Assembly: GCA_046563655.1 (NCBI GenBank)
Contig: CM102286.1
Location: 1,240,001-1,304,000, forward strand
Origin: Yuukianura sp. NJ FZ-2021
Taxonomy: Eukaryota
Length of the DNA: 64,000 bases
Direction of reading: 5' to 3'
Shown piece by piece: positions 11,481-24,600 of the stretch (position 1 is the first letter of the stretch; each line of letters opens with the position of its first letter). A program made the position numbers and the translations under genes. Under the pieces are notes generated by a model that searched no databases, was not told the DNA's origin, and saw only the letters and a list, made by a program, of their open reading frames with translations.

Positions 11481-14400
11481 ATGATTGGCACACAATCTTT
11501 ACTTCTGAATGACCAAGCCCTCGCACAGCTTCAAGAGATCCACAAGCCTCTGTACATTTTGGAATGGCTGAGACGACTGGAACACTTTTTGCCTCTTGCC
11601 CCTAAAGTAACTTGATTTTAGCTTTAGCTTACAAACGTAATGAGACAATACATTTAATTGTACTTTGTTTTCAGAGCGATATCAAGACATGTCAAAAGCA
11701 GTTGATTGAGCAATTACTTAGTACAATACAAACTGGGCCGGGAGTTCCAGCTCGGAATTGTCTATCCAGATGTATGGTGTCATTGTTCAAGGTTGGAGAC
11801 ACCATTGACTTGTTCGAGACTGTTAACAAATGCAACGATATTTTAAAAGGAAAAGATGAAGGATCGACCTCAACTGCTGTGAAACTGTAAAAGCATACTT
11901 TCTAAGATTCTACATTCATTTTTCATCGCAGTTCACTAATATTTACCATCTTTAATTCAGAGCCGCCGTATGCTGTTTGGGTGAAATGTACGAAAATCTA
12001 GGGAGGATGATGGGTCGTTCCTATGAAGAAACTGTCCAAATCCTGAGCAAATCTTTCAGGAATTTGGAGTCGCAATCCAGAATAGAGTCAATGCAATGCT
12101 TCGAGAAGGTGACTGTACTTACTTTCTTCTCCAGTATTATCCAAAAGTTTCAACAGTTTCAACACTTTATGTTTACAACTCTTGCTGTGTAGATCTGTGG
12201 TGGAATGGACACTGCTGCAAGCAGTTCACACAAGGATATTTACAAGGTGGCTCGTATTGGATTGGCTGATAGAGTCATGGCCGTTCGCACAGCTTCTGCA
12301 AAATGTCTCACCAAAATGGCTTCCTCTGCTACATTCTTGTACACAACGGAACTGGAAAGCCTCACTTCTACATGTCTGCGTGCATTAGACGGCGCTGACT
12401 ACGACGCTCGCATTGCTGTAGCAGAATTATTGGGGTACATTATAGCCTTTACCCAGCTTCCACCTAGCACCAAAGTTCGGCCCTCCGCATGTAAGTTACT
12501 AACTTTTTCGAATCATCACTCAACTTTTTGCTGTTTGACCATGATGTTTTTTATTTTTTTTTAGCATCCACCGCAAAACCAGTAAAGCCAATGTCACTGG
12601 ACGAATCTTTAAACATTTTGATGACTGGATTTCTACGAGGTGCGACGAGCTTCCTGAAAGGAGATATTATCAAGGGCGGATCTGCCGTTACTAGAGAAGT
12701 TCGCGTTGGAGTTACTTATGTAAGTTTATGTTTTAACTCAATAGTAATCGAAGAAGAACTATACCTTTGGTTTTTGTTTATTGCAGGCTTATATTTCATT
12801 TGTGGAACGAATGGGGCCTGTTTGGCTTGAGAAGCACCTCGAGCCATTTTGTTCCCACATTTTAGAATTAGTTGCAAATCCGAAAGCGGCGGCATCACAT
12901 GTCGATTCAGTGTATTCCCGAAAATGTGTTAACTTTATTCTACGGCGGGCCTTCGGGCGACTACTGGATGAGAAGTCACAGTTTTCGGCTCTCAAAGTCG
13001 TCGCTAACATTATCCTTACCCAGATGAATTCAATTGGTAAGATTCAAAGTCAAAAACTTAACATAAAGTTTGTTAACTCTACTTTGATTTTCTCTGTCTT
13101 TTTTTTAGATTTTAGTCCTGAGAATGCAAAAGAGTGCAATCAGGAAACGATTTTCAACCAGCACTTGCTCGTTTGCGCCCTTCAAGAACTTTCAGCACTT
13201 TTCATAACATTGGGAACTTCAATTCATCACTACTTGACTGATCCAAGTAGTAAACTGACAGAGAGCCTTTTCAGTGTCTTGATTCATCCGTCACAGTCAA
13301 CGCGTTTATCTGGAGCATGGGCTCTCCGATGTCTCTGTGTTGCTTGTCCATCAGAAGCTAGAAAGTCTATTGAACGTTGTCTCAATGCCTTTGAAACAAT
13401 GAAAACGTCACCGGAAGCTGTGTCGGGATACAGCGCTGCACTGGCAGCACTTTTGGGAGCAGTGAGGCATATGCCACTGGGTGTTCCGTACGCCACTGGA
13501 AAGGTATTACACAAATTTTAGTAACCTGAAAGTTATCAGCTGATCAATACTTTTCCTGACAGCTCTTCTGCATTTTTTCTAATCAGCTGATCAATATTTC
13601 TTTTAGTCAGCTGATCAATACTTTTTTATGTTTAGATTGTTTTCAACACTGCAGAAGAACTGCTTAGAAGTGCAAATCAGAATAGTCGACTATCCATGCA
13701 GAAGTCCAGCGCTGGATGGTTGCTTATTGGTGCAATTATGACCATGGGTGACTACAAAATATTTCATGTTTGGAATGATTCAAAAGTATTTATGAAATTC
13801 TTGTTTTGCATTGTAGGAAATAGCGTCGTGAAAGCCCTTTTGCCTCGAATGCTACTTTTGTGGCGTAACTCTTTTCCGAAAACGAGCAAAGACTTGGAGT
13901 CTGAGAAGGCCCGAGGCGATGCCTTTACGTGGCAAGTGACCTTGGAAGGAAGGACGGGCGCCCTATCGTCAATTTACAGTTTTCTTCTGCATTGTCCAGA
14001 GCTAGTCACAGATGAAATAATTTCCCGCCTACTTGTTCCAATCGAGTCTGCTTTGGCTATGATGACAAAGTAAGTTACAGACGTAACTTCAGAAAATTCC
14101 CTTCTTCTTTTTGAGAATACGTTTTGATTTTGAAATTGTAGTTTATCCGCCACGATTAAGAATTATGGACAACCGCTCAAAGCATCAGCAGCGGGGCTGA
14201 GATATCGGCTCTACCAGGCTCTAGGACTCATCAAACCTTCGTTTTTTGAACGTGAGTGTAATTTTGCACGGTGTTAAATTGTTAAGTGTTGTGGTACTAG
14301 TTGGATGTTTAGAATGAAATCGTTTCTTGTCCGTAGGTTCGTATACTCACATGCTTCGATTTGTGATATGGGAACTAACCTTGAATGATAATGCAGCCAA

Positions 14401-17400
14401 TACGACGACGTCTCTGTTTACTCGCGTTTGCCAGTCACATTCCATTTTTAACTCTTTAGTCAGTGATCACATGTCTTTAGAAGAACAGGTAACTTATAAT
14501 GTCTAATTGCAAAGTTAATGTAACTATTGAACTACTAACTGCATTTTTCACTTTAACTTCACTAACAAACTTCGTTTTTAATGCATTTACTCACGCTCAC
14601 TATGAAGTCGTATCAGGTGCCGGTCTTTAGCTTTCGTTTCTGCACTTTTCGCTTTTCGTTTTTGCAATTCTTGTTTGCTTTTTAATCGAATTTCTAAAAT
14701 ATTAGTAGGAATTTGGGTAACGTTTTATAATTTGTGTAAAAATTTAGTTGCAACCGGTTGGAGCTGTTGGATTCGGAGCTATAGAGCATGATCCATGCAG
14801 TCTATACCTGGACATTCAGGAGGTAAAACGATTCATAAACGTTTTATTTGTCAGTAACTTTTAGATTTGGGTGCTGTTTCCAGGAATTCACAGTTCCTCG
14901 TCCGCTCCCGCTTGGCGTATCGGTGATTGACGCATCAATTGAGCTCTTCGGAAAGTTGTTTCCTCACATTTCGTCAAAACATAGACAACAGCTGATCGAA
15001 CACTTTGTAGAGTGTCTCAAAGTGACCAAGTATGCTCGTAAAGATGCTGTTCTGATCAATATGTTTTGTGCCTTTTTGTGTGCCATGAAATCAATTCGGA
15101 AACTGAATCCCGGTGGAAATGATTCTAATGGAAAAGGTTATGGGACAGACGAACTGAAAGTAATTGCTCAGCAGTTGGTTATGGTAAGTACACAAATTGT
15201 CTCCCGATTGAGATTGTTAGAATGTAAATGTATACTTGTCTGCCATATAGAATGCACTTGGTCATCCAGCGCCTGTTATAAGATGTGCTGCGGCAGAAGT
15301 GATTGGCCGGATAGCCCAAGCTGTAGCGGATTCAAAGTTTACGTCAGAAATGACTCAGTTTTGTTCTGATCGACTCAAGGCGTCAAGAGAAGTGGCTAAC
15401 AGAACTGGTATGTCAATTAATTTTTCGTCAGCTTGCTTTGTGTTGATGAAAAATTGTTCAATTAGGTCACTCTTTGGCACTTGGTTGCTTGCATCGATAT
15501 TTGGGCGGAATGGACTCGTCGAGGCATCAGCATGCAAGCGTTTCAGTCCTGCTAAACTTGGCTCAAGATTTGTCATCTCCAGAAACACAAGTACTAATTT
15601 AACCATACAGCTTCCTTAACCGTGGACCAAATTCGCGACCATCACCCACTTCCTTGACCATGACCACCGACCACTTTCTTCACCGACCACTTTCCCGACT
15701 ACCGACACTTTCTTCACCTCCGGCCACTTTCCCGACCACCGACCACTTTCTTTACCACCGACCACTTTCTTCACCTCCGACCACCGACCACTTGCTCTAT
15801 AATATAACATAACAATAACATGTAATTATTACATTAGGTATGGGCTCTACATTCTTTGGCGCTGATAGCTGACACTGGTGGGCCCTTATTTCGCTCTTAC
15901 GTGGAACCAGTACTGTCTCTACTTCTGAAACTGGTCATGACAGTCCCACTGTCGTCGGTGGACTTACGTCAAGCAACTGGAAAGATGATAGCAGCTCTCA
16001 TTACTGGGTTTGGACCAGAGTTGCAAGGTAAAGTTGAAATTATGAATGTTGAGATTTTTTTAGACTGTTGAATTTTGAAAAATGTTTTTTTTTCTGTTTT
16101 TAGTTGGGGCAGGAAAGGAAGCTGAGAAGATAAAGAAATCGTTTGAAACGTGTTGCTCAATTTTGTCATTGGAGGAAGAACATCCGTTGGTACAGAATGA
16201 AGCTGTCACTTGCTTTCAGCGGCTTCATCTCTTCGGCACCGTTAACTTCGGTGTCGTTGTTCCAGTGTTGTTTCGATCCATCAAATCGAACAATTTAGTG
16301 CTTCGGAGAACAGCTGTTGACTGCTTTCGACAGTTGACTCAGCGGGATACCGAAATTGTTTGTCAACATGTTGATAGACTTTGCACTAAGTTTGAAGATT
16401 CTGTTTACGCTGAGTATGGAATAAGTGGAACTCTGTTTTTGATGATGGATAAAGAGTCTGATCCAGTGCTTCGTAAAGGAATCATGGACACACTTTCCAG
16501 TGTCATGGCTGCCAGTATTCAAGACTATGATCATCTTCAACGCTCGATTTCACTGTGCAAGAGCATCCTTACAGCAGGTACGAATTAATTCAAATGCTGG
16601 ACAAGTATTTAATAAGTGCTGGACAATTATGTTGTAACATGATAACTTTATGTTGTAGATTCTGGAGCTGACGGGACAGTTGAGGAATTGAATGATGAAA
16701 CGGATGATGATGTTGAGGAGTTCAGAATTAGTGGACCAGAAGAAGGAAGTTCGGTGTCGAATGTAAAAAATTACTCAAGATGGACATCGAGAGTATTCGC
16801 GGCAGAATGTGTCCGGAAAATCCTGATTACTTCAAATCATATCACAAGCAAGACTGGAGCGGAGCTGTTGAAGCATTTGTCAGACTTGATTCGAATGTCA
16901 TTCATGGGAGCCACGAGTAACTCGGATCAGCTGAGATTGGAAGGTCTTCTTAACCTTGAAACTGTAATTGATCGATTTGCGCATCTCAAGGATCCTGATT
17001 TTCCATCAGCTTCGATCCTAGAACAATTCCAAGCGCAGGTAAGGAAATACTGACAGCATTTTGCTTTTTTTTTTTAGAAACTTTGAGAGAAAACATCACT
17101 TTTTGTTTCAGGTGAGCGCTGCTTTGAGACCAGCCTTTGCAACTGAAACGGATCCATATGTAAAAGCCACGGCGTGTCGTGTTTGCAGTGCTTGGATTTG
17201 TGGAAATAGCCAAGGAGGGGAAGATTTGCGAAGAGTTCACACTCTAATGGTGTCAGCATTGGAGAACATTAGAGAGAAACCTACGCTGCCAGATTACAAT
17301 GAAAAGGCTAATACGCTCGAGAAACTTGCAATTCTGAAAGCATGGGCACAAGTTTTCACGACTGCAGTTGAAAATGGATTAAGAAATTCCGAATCCCTTA

Positions 17401-19828
17401 GCGAAATTTTAAAGTAAGTTTTATGAAAAAATGTGAAGAAAAGTTTCAATGATTTTTTTTTGTTTTTGAATTTTTAGAATTGGAGTTAAAACTAAAAACC
17501 ATTTGCTGGAATTGGTCAAACCACAACTTCAAATCTTGTCTCCTTATTGGCTGTCTGTGCTGCGAGATCGTGGTTTAATTGAGTTACCAGCAGAATTCTC
17601 ATCTCAACTACCAAGGGACGGTGGTTCCTTCTTTTCCGTTGATACGAAAGATGTCGTGAGAACTTTCTACGAAGATTCGTGGGCGTCTATACTCTTTGCA
17701 TCGGCTATAGTACTTTCAACTACTCCGCAACTTCTTGTCCAGAACGAACCAGAGGAGAGGCAAAACGAAGTGAAGATTGACAAGTTCAACTTGATTTTTG
17801 GTAAAAAAGGCGAATTCAACAAAATAACAACCAAAATGAAACAAAACTTTACAAGAGGCCTTTGTAAACTTTTTAATTTTTGCAGGTCTCAGCATGGAAG
17901 CACTTTGCAAACCACCGTTTTCAGAACCGCTGGAGTCTGTTGAAAAATACTTGAAAAGTATTTGGGCACTGCTGTGCTCAAGATGGCCGAGAGAAATCAT
18001 CACACGGGAGAAGAACATTGCGATTGAGTTGTGCTGTGTACTCCATCGGTAAGGTTTCAAAGTTTTTCAAAAATTCACAACTTTTGTTCCACATGATTTT
18101 TTGTGTCTGATTGGCAAAAAATTGTCTCTAGGCAACTTGTAACACGTTCAGCAATAAAAGTGCAGTGCCTCGTGATCGAAGTGCTGAAGCTAGTCATTGA
18201 AGGAATGCGAGAAGATTCAAACAGGATCTCCACGGACAACGGAAAGAAAGAACCGGAAGACGAAGATTCCGAGGTTTTAGAAGAATTGGTTCCCGGAAAG
18301 TCTCCTGTGCTGGCTATTTTGGAAGTGGTATTTTGTCTGTTGATTCAAAAAGTGGCTTTACTAAATTCAAATATTTCTGGATTTCATTCCACCCCGACTG
18401 GCTCAAATGACGAAAATGATGAACTAGTGGCAGAAGTCGTCAAGTGTTTGGAAATGCTACCTGATGTTTGTTCGGACAGAGGTAATTTTGCCTATAAATT
18501 TCAAAATCTTGGAATATACTATATTTTTGCTTTATTTTTTGAAAACAGCGGCAATTGAAGTGCAACCTACAATTCTGTACCTGTCAACATGTATTTTGGG
18601 AGAGTCGAGACCCCATAACTTACTACGGTCTACAGTGCTCCATTGTTTTCATAAAATTGCAACGCACAGACTCAACACAAGCCCTCTCTGGCAGAAGTAC
18701 CTTCTCAGTACTTTGGCAAAACTGCTTGACCTTGCAAAAACAGGTAAAGTGTAGACTAAAATTCACTAAAATTGATTTCAAATTTTACTTTTTTTGATGA
18801 TGCAGGCGGAGATGAAAACAATTGTGGCGGGAATCATTGTCGAGTTGATCTGTTGTCGGCAATTACAACGTTTATTAAAGAGTCTCCGCCAGAATTAGTT
18901 GGAATTCCAGAAGTTTTCTACCCGTCGATTAACCTGTATCAACAAGCTATACGATACAACGACGACATTGCAGTACGTTTCAACCTAAAAACTTTCTAAA
19001 TACTGAGGAATTTAGTTTTATGTCGTTTTTGCTACTCCTTTTGTAAAACTTTTCCAGGTACGCATAAAGTCCGTGACTTTGGTGTGTGAGATTTTTGAAA
19101 AGGCGGATCGTTCCGTATCGACTCCGTTTATCCATGCCCTGGCACCCCGAATTCTGGAATTTTTGTACTCTGAAGAGGCAAGAAACGTTCAAACTAAGCA
19201 ACAACTAGACATGACCCTGGAATGTATACGAGCTATTCAGATACTGGTCCAGATTGTGTCTGGATCAGAAAAAAGTAAGCGAACTTGATTCTTCCTTACG
19301 AACTTAACCTAATTTAAAACTCGTTTGGTGTTTATCGCTTCTAATCGCTTCAGGATCATTAGCAGAAGGTAGACAAGCGTCACAAGCATTCATGGTTTTA
19401 ATACTAATCTTTCCTTTATTCTTTACTGATCACTTAGGAATTCAGATGCTGACGCTGATTGTTCCAGTACTGATTAGATTTTTGGACGCTGCTCAACTCA
19501 ACCCCCGTTCCTCACATGCCAAAGTTCTCTACGAACATAGCCTCCAGAAGCTAATGAAAATTGGGCCGCAATATCCAGCGGTATGACATTGACAACTTAG
19601 GTGACTAAGATTTCTTTATGAACGTCATTTCTACGTTTTTTTTAGGAATTTCGTGGTCTGATGAGTCAATCGGTGGAAATGAGAACAAAATTAGAATTAG
19701 CCATCAAGAATTCCAGAACTGTAGCTTCGAAGCAAGCGGAATTGTATGACAATACTGCCAATAGCACTCCCTCTGCACCACTTGTTGGTTCCATTAAGCT
19801 CAAGACTGACTTTAGTAACTTCTCCTGA
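11481..19828 (+). CDS. HEATR5B: HEAT repeat-containing protein 5 (HEATR5A/B family), multi-exon
   Basis: N-terminus SLLLNDQAL...ILEWLR. Internal motifs [80 protein letters not shown]-terminus [11 protein letters not shown], stop at 19826-19828. Confidence 0.93.
13535..13625. repeat. Three copies of tcagctgatcaata in a HEATR5 intron
   Basis: Direct repeats at about 13536, 13584 and 13607. Confidence 0.8.
15640..15795. repeat. Degenerate C-rich minisatellite (core accgaccactttc) in a HEATR5 intron
   Basis: About 8 imperfect copies; source of the spurious ORF 15616-15810. Confidence 0.85.
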
Positions 19829-20131
19829 AAATGAAGACAAATTAGCAGCTTCGCACATGTGTAAAATAGAAACCGATTCGGAACCACCTACAGCTATAAA
19901 CTAATTAACTGATTAATTAGTGAGTATTAACCCCTTTTCGATTAACTTTTACAAAACGCACTCGACCACAAACTAAACAGACTTCCAAAGAAATAATAAA
20001 ATGAGATTTTAGAGTTTAATAGACTAGCAGCAAAGTGTCTACAATTTATATTTTGTTTTACTTACGGAAATTGAGAACGAGTCCTGGGTTAGGTAATTGT
20101 AACAATTCTAATCTAACTTCCCGTCAATATG

Positions 20132-20548
20132 TTATGTCTCTTTGGATCCTGTATCTGATTCGGTAGATTTAGAAGCCTTTTGACGTTCAGCATCTAAGCG
20201 AAGTTCTTCATCTAAACGTTCTTTGGCTCTAAACACTTTGGATTGGATATAAAAGGAGCCACCTTTGGCCTTGTCATTGACATTGAATAAATGTTCGTAC
20301 TTCTTTAGCACTTCCTCTGGTTTGGCATCAGGAGAAACGTTAAGAATTTGTCTAGCTTCTTCTAGTGACATTCCGAGGCGCATGTTTTCTGCTGCCGTTC
20401 GACTGTCGACACTGCCTGGACGATTGACGCCTCTTCTACTGGCTGCAGCAGTTTGACTCGCTTGAATTTCTTGCCGAAGAGCTTGAGCAAAAGCTTTCCC
20501 TACTGTTTGAGCTCCAAGAACGATGATTTGAATAAGATACTTCGCCAT
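20132..20548 (-). CDS. PAM16: Mitochondrial import motor subunit Pam16/Tim16 (Magmas)
   Basis: [27 protein letters not shown]...[13 protein letters not shown]...[29 protein letters not shown]; single coding exon. Confidence 0.96.
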   Translation of the reverse strand: MAKYLIQIIVLGAQTVGKAFAQALRQEIQASQTAAASRRGVNRPGSVDSRTAAENMRLGMSLEEARQILNVSPDAKPEEVLKKYEHLFNVNDKAKGGSFYIQSKVFRAKERLDEELRLDAERQKASKSTESDTGSKET

Positions 20549-21608
20549 TAATCGACCTTCGACGAATCACTTCTCATAAACAGCGATCTAGAACAAACCA
20601 AATATAGCGTTAATCACCAAATTAATAATCAATTCGGTGATTCACTTTGATTAACTAGAAGTTCTAGTCCAGAACTTCTGGATCTGGACTAGACTTTTAC
20701 TAAGTATTTTCGTTAATCTAACGTACCTCATCTAAGGTTGATGAATGTTTGTTTACCTAATTTTCTCCAAGTTTTCTAGTTCAGCCAGTTTAACGTTATG
20801 TTGACAGATGCGCTGCGTTTGTCTTTCGTTTTTCGGTTTTCGCTTTACTTGTCAATCGTCTCCTCTTCGTGTTCTTACGTCTTACGTGCAAAACGTAATG
20901 TTCAATTATTAATTGAGGTAATTGTTAAGGTAAGGCTAACCAGAAACTAATATGAAGAGCCGCTATAAGAATTTTATAACCTCTGAATTGAGAGAGACGT
21001 AATGAAAATGATGTAAAATTCCACGAGACTTCTCGCGCACTAAAATTTTCACGTGCTTCATTTCACGTTCGGAAAAACGCAAAATAGCGTGCGGTAAACT
21101 TAGGAAAGTAACGTAAAAATTCTAAAACTGTTTGAGAATTAACTAAACACAACCTTAAAACACTTTCAATATGAACAAATACTTTTATTTCAAACGGGAA
21201 TTGACACGGTATCCGAATCCTGTTAAACTGAAAACATTCCCTACAATAAATTAGGAAAAACATGATAAATAGTGTAAAAATTAGAATGTAAATTTAAAAT
21301 TACTCAATGGTAGTAAGTTGAAAACCGACGTTCTAAACAAACCTAAGTAAAAATCTTGTACAAAAAAAAAGTAAAACACCAAAACGATAACCAGGAATAG
21401 TTCATACTATGTCTGTAAAATCATTGTTCTTTAGGAAAAAGCAGCCTAATCGGTAATAAAAACATGTTAAGGTTGATTTTTGTTTGTATCACGACATGAA
21501 TATTCGATAACAATTAGTTCATTACGAAAAATGTGGATTCTATTATACGCCTGAAATGGTTACCCTGAACATATTCTTAACAATTGAGAGTCTACAAATC
21601 ACAAAGGT

Positions 21609-24600
21609 TCAAAGTAGCGCTTGCGTATTAGTGGTAGCGGAAGTTTGTATCGCAGGTTTGGCAGGAGGTGCTGGAGCTGGAGACAGGAGACGAGCGAATA
21701 CCTGATTACTTGATGACACGACAGGTATCATTTTGATTCCTAAAACAAACTTTCAATTAACTTAACTTCTCAATTAATCAACTTCTGCCATGATTTACCT
21801 TGTAAAGCTCCAGCACTTCTTCCTGAGGCCAGACGCTGCGTACTAGGATTATGATATTCCACTTGTTTTGATCTTATAACCACCGGAGCATTCGGCAACC
21901 GAGTATTTAGTACAGTAGAGGGAGCTGACGTTGTGACAGTTAAACCACCTACTGGATTTCTTCTTTGAAATTGAGCAACTTCCGCCATTTCCATCGGAAG
22001 TTTATTATTAGTGTTTGGAAGGGTAGTGCTCGAAAGAACTGATCGATTTGTCGGTCCAGTTGCACTTCCAGGAGGTAATCGAAAGACAGACGACACTGGT
22101 GGGGTTGAGAGCTTCAGTTGAGGAGATGCTGACATATCCTCAGACTGTTGTGCGACTGCAACAGGAACGGGTGAATTTTCTCTCGGCGTGATGCTGCTAC
22201 TGTTGGACATTGTAGCGACTGGAGTCGAAGCTACAAATGTTGGTCGGGTTGCATTGTCTGCAGTAGGCAACTTGAGAATCGCTGCTGAAGGAAATGTCGC
22301 CGAAGTGGTGGACTCTGTAGATTGAGTCGGCTGAGTTGCGAATGATTGCGTTTGGGTCGACAAAACCTGTGGCCCTCCAATTGCTGTATCAAAAAATAAC
22401 GAATAAATAACACCATATACATAATTAATTGTTGAAATATCTTCTAATCCACTCACCCGAAATTATTACAGTCTGACCCGAAGGAGTATGACCAACAATC
22501 ATCCCCTACACAAACAAAATTCACAGTTAGCACAGGGACAAGAATATAACGTTATTGTTATTACGCTAAAGATAAAGATAAAGACCGATAAAGCTTACCT
22601 GTCCAGGACCATAACCCGGAAAAGCCGGTCGTAGAACTATTCTTTGTTGTGGAAGTCTCAACGGGTTGAGTTGAACTTGTTGTCCAGCCCCAGCGGGTGC
22701 TGGTTGAATCCTCAAAAATCGTACGTTATCCGGTAACTTCAGATTTGGTAGTCGAAAGATATTGTTGAAGATAAAGCTGAAAAAAAATAAGGAATCCGTT
22801 AGTAACAGCAAAACATAGGTTACCATACATCTTTATCCTTACCTAATATATCCTTACCTCATATATGCTTATCTGGTATAACCTTACCTGATATATCCTT
22901 ATCTCATTCCATATAACCTTATCTCATATATCCTTATCTGGTATAACCAATTCTCATATAACCTTATCTCATACACCTTTATCTTTATCTCAAATTCTCA
23001 CCCTTGTTGCTGCGCGGAGGCGGTCGTTACACAATTCGGAGTGGTCGTAGAAGACGAAACCGTCAACGGACTTTCTAGCTTTATACTCAAAGGTATCTGT
23101 GTTTGGGATGAGTTTGTCGCTGGAACATAATGGTTTTGACGTATCGCTGCTACTCCACTGGGGGTCACACCAACCGACGACGTTGGGGCAGAGTTTGTCA
23201 CTCCATCACTCAAGCTTGGAAGACTTTGATGAGTATGTGTTGCTGCGTTTAGCACTGTCTGATTAGTTGACACAGGAATTGCAAACTGCATCGCCGGAGA
23301 TATTACGGTTTTGGCTGAAACAAAAACGTTATTTCCTACAGCCGTTGTTGGCTTTGCTATTGAAGGACTCAGTAGTGGTGAACCGCTGGAGGAAGGAACA
23401 GCTGACAGAGTGCTTTGTGATATCGATGCAGGTACATTGCTGTCAGTTAGTGTCACGAGACTGGGTAATGCCTGAGGAGCAGTGACATTTGACGGTGTGA
23501 CTGGAGTTGATGAGACACTGGAATTGGCTGACTGTGCACCAGACGCTGAAGACACAGATTCAGTTGCAGAAGTGCTGTTTTGAGATAACGTTTTCTTCCG
23601 TGACTTTCTACCACCATTGTTTCTAGATTTTGTTGACTTGGTATAACTCCTATTATGATGCAGACGTTCTGAGGAACAAAAATGATGTATGAAATCAGCT
23701 ATCAAATCCAAATTCAAACGTTTTTAAAACGCGAAATCTTAAATGTCAACTTACCAAACTGCTCTTGAGAGCGATCACGATGTAAGTAAATCCAATTCTT
23801 CTTATGCGAGTCATAACGAACACAAGGGTCTCTCTCGTAGTGTAATCGGTCCAAAGCGCCACTCACGACGCTGTTTAGCGTAACATTGGAAGCTTCCGGA
23901 GCCAGGAACGCAGAATCCCTCAGCATTTCACAGATTTCAGATCGCGTTCCTTCTCCATTTGGTAATCTCGCAACCGAATCTCTCACTAAAATGATATAAA
24001 AAGCATGTCAATAGAATCAGCTGTATCAGCTGTAATCGTTTTCAAAACGCTTACCTAAAGCTAAAATTGTGACATAAGGTGGCCTATCGTCGACTAAGAG
24101 TGAATGACCTCTGGCCTTGTTGGTCACTCCAGTCTGGTTCGAATAGACTCCTTTCACTGGTCCAACAACAGATTCGTACTTGTGCATTCGGTAAGTGAAT
24201 GCTTTGTGCGGGTTATCGAATCTCACTTTTTCCTATTCATAAAAAATGCTTAGTATAACTTGGTAAGTTTGGTAAAGTTGTATTCGTTTGTATTGACGAC
24301 GTACCTGACACTGAAATTCGTCTTTCTCTTCTGTTGTTGATGGTCTCACGGTCCAGTCAGTCACGAACCGTGGCGGTGGAGGCGTCTTTGGCCTGAGATA
24401 CTTCTTCACTTCTTCCGTATGCTCATCTGAATCTTCGTTTTCATCTTCCTCCTCTTCTTGCTCTTCGTTTTCTCCATCTTGCTTTTTCACCGGTGGCAAT
24501 TTATCTAGATTGTCCAGCCACATATGACAGAGTGTCAGTAGGTTTCCGTCACTATCACGACCGGCTCCGATCCACTGAAATTATGAGAAGAAACGTTAAC

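Noticed and set aside
15616..15810. ORF with repeated GRWSEVKK
   Set aside because: Translation of an intronic minisatellite on the antisense strand; it lacks regular unique spacers, so it is not CRISPR-like
22830..22990. Repeat array as a possible CRISPR or regulatory array
   Set aside because: Degenerate head-to-tail 15-mers in a eukaryotic intron, with no spacers or cas genes
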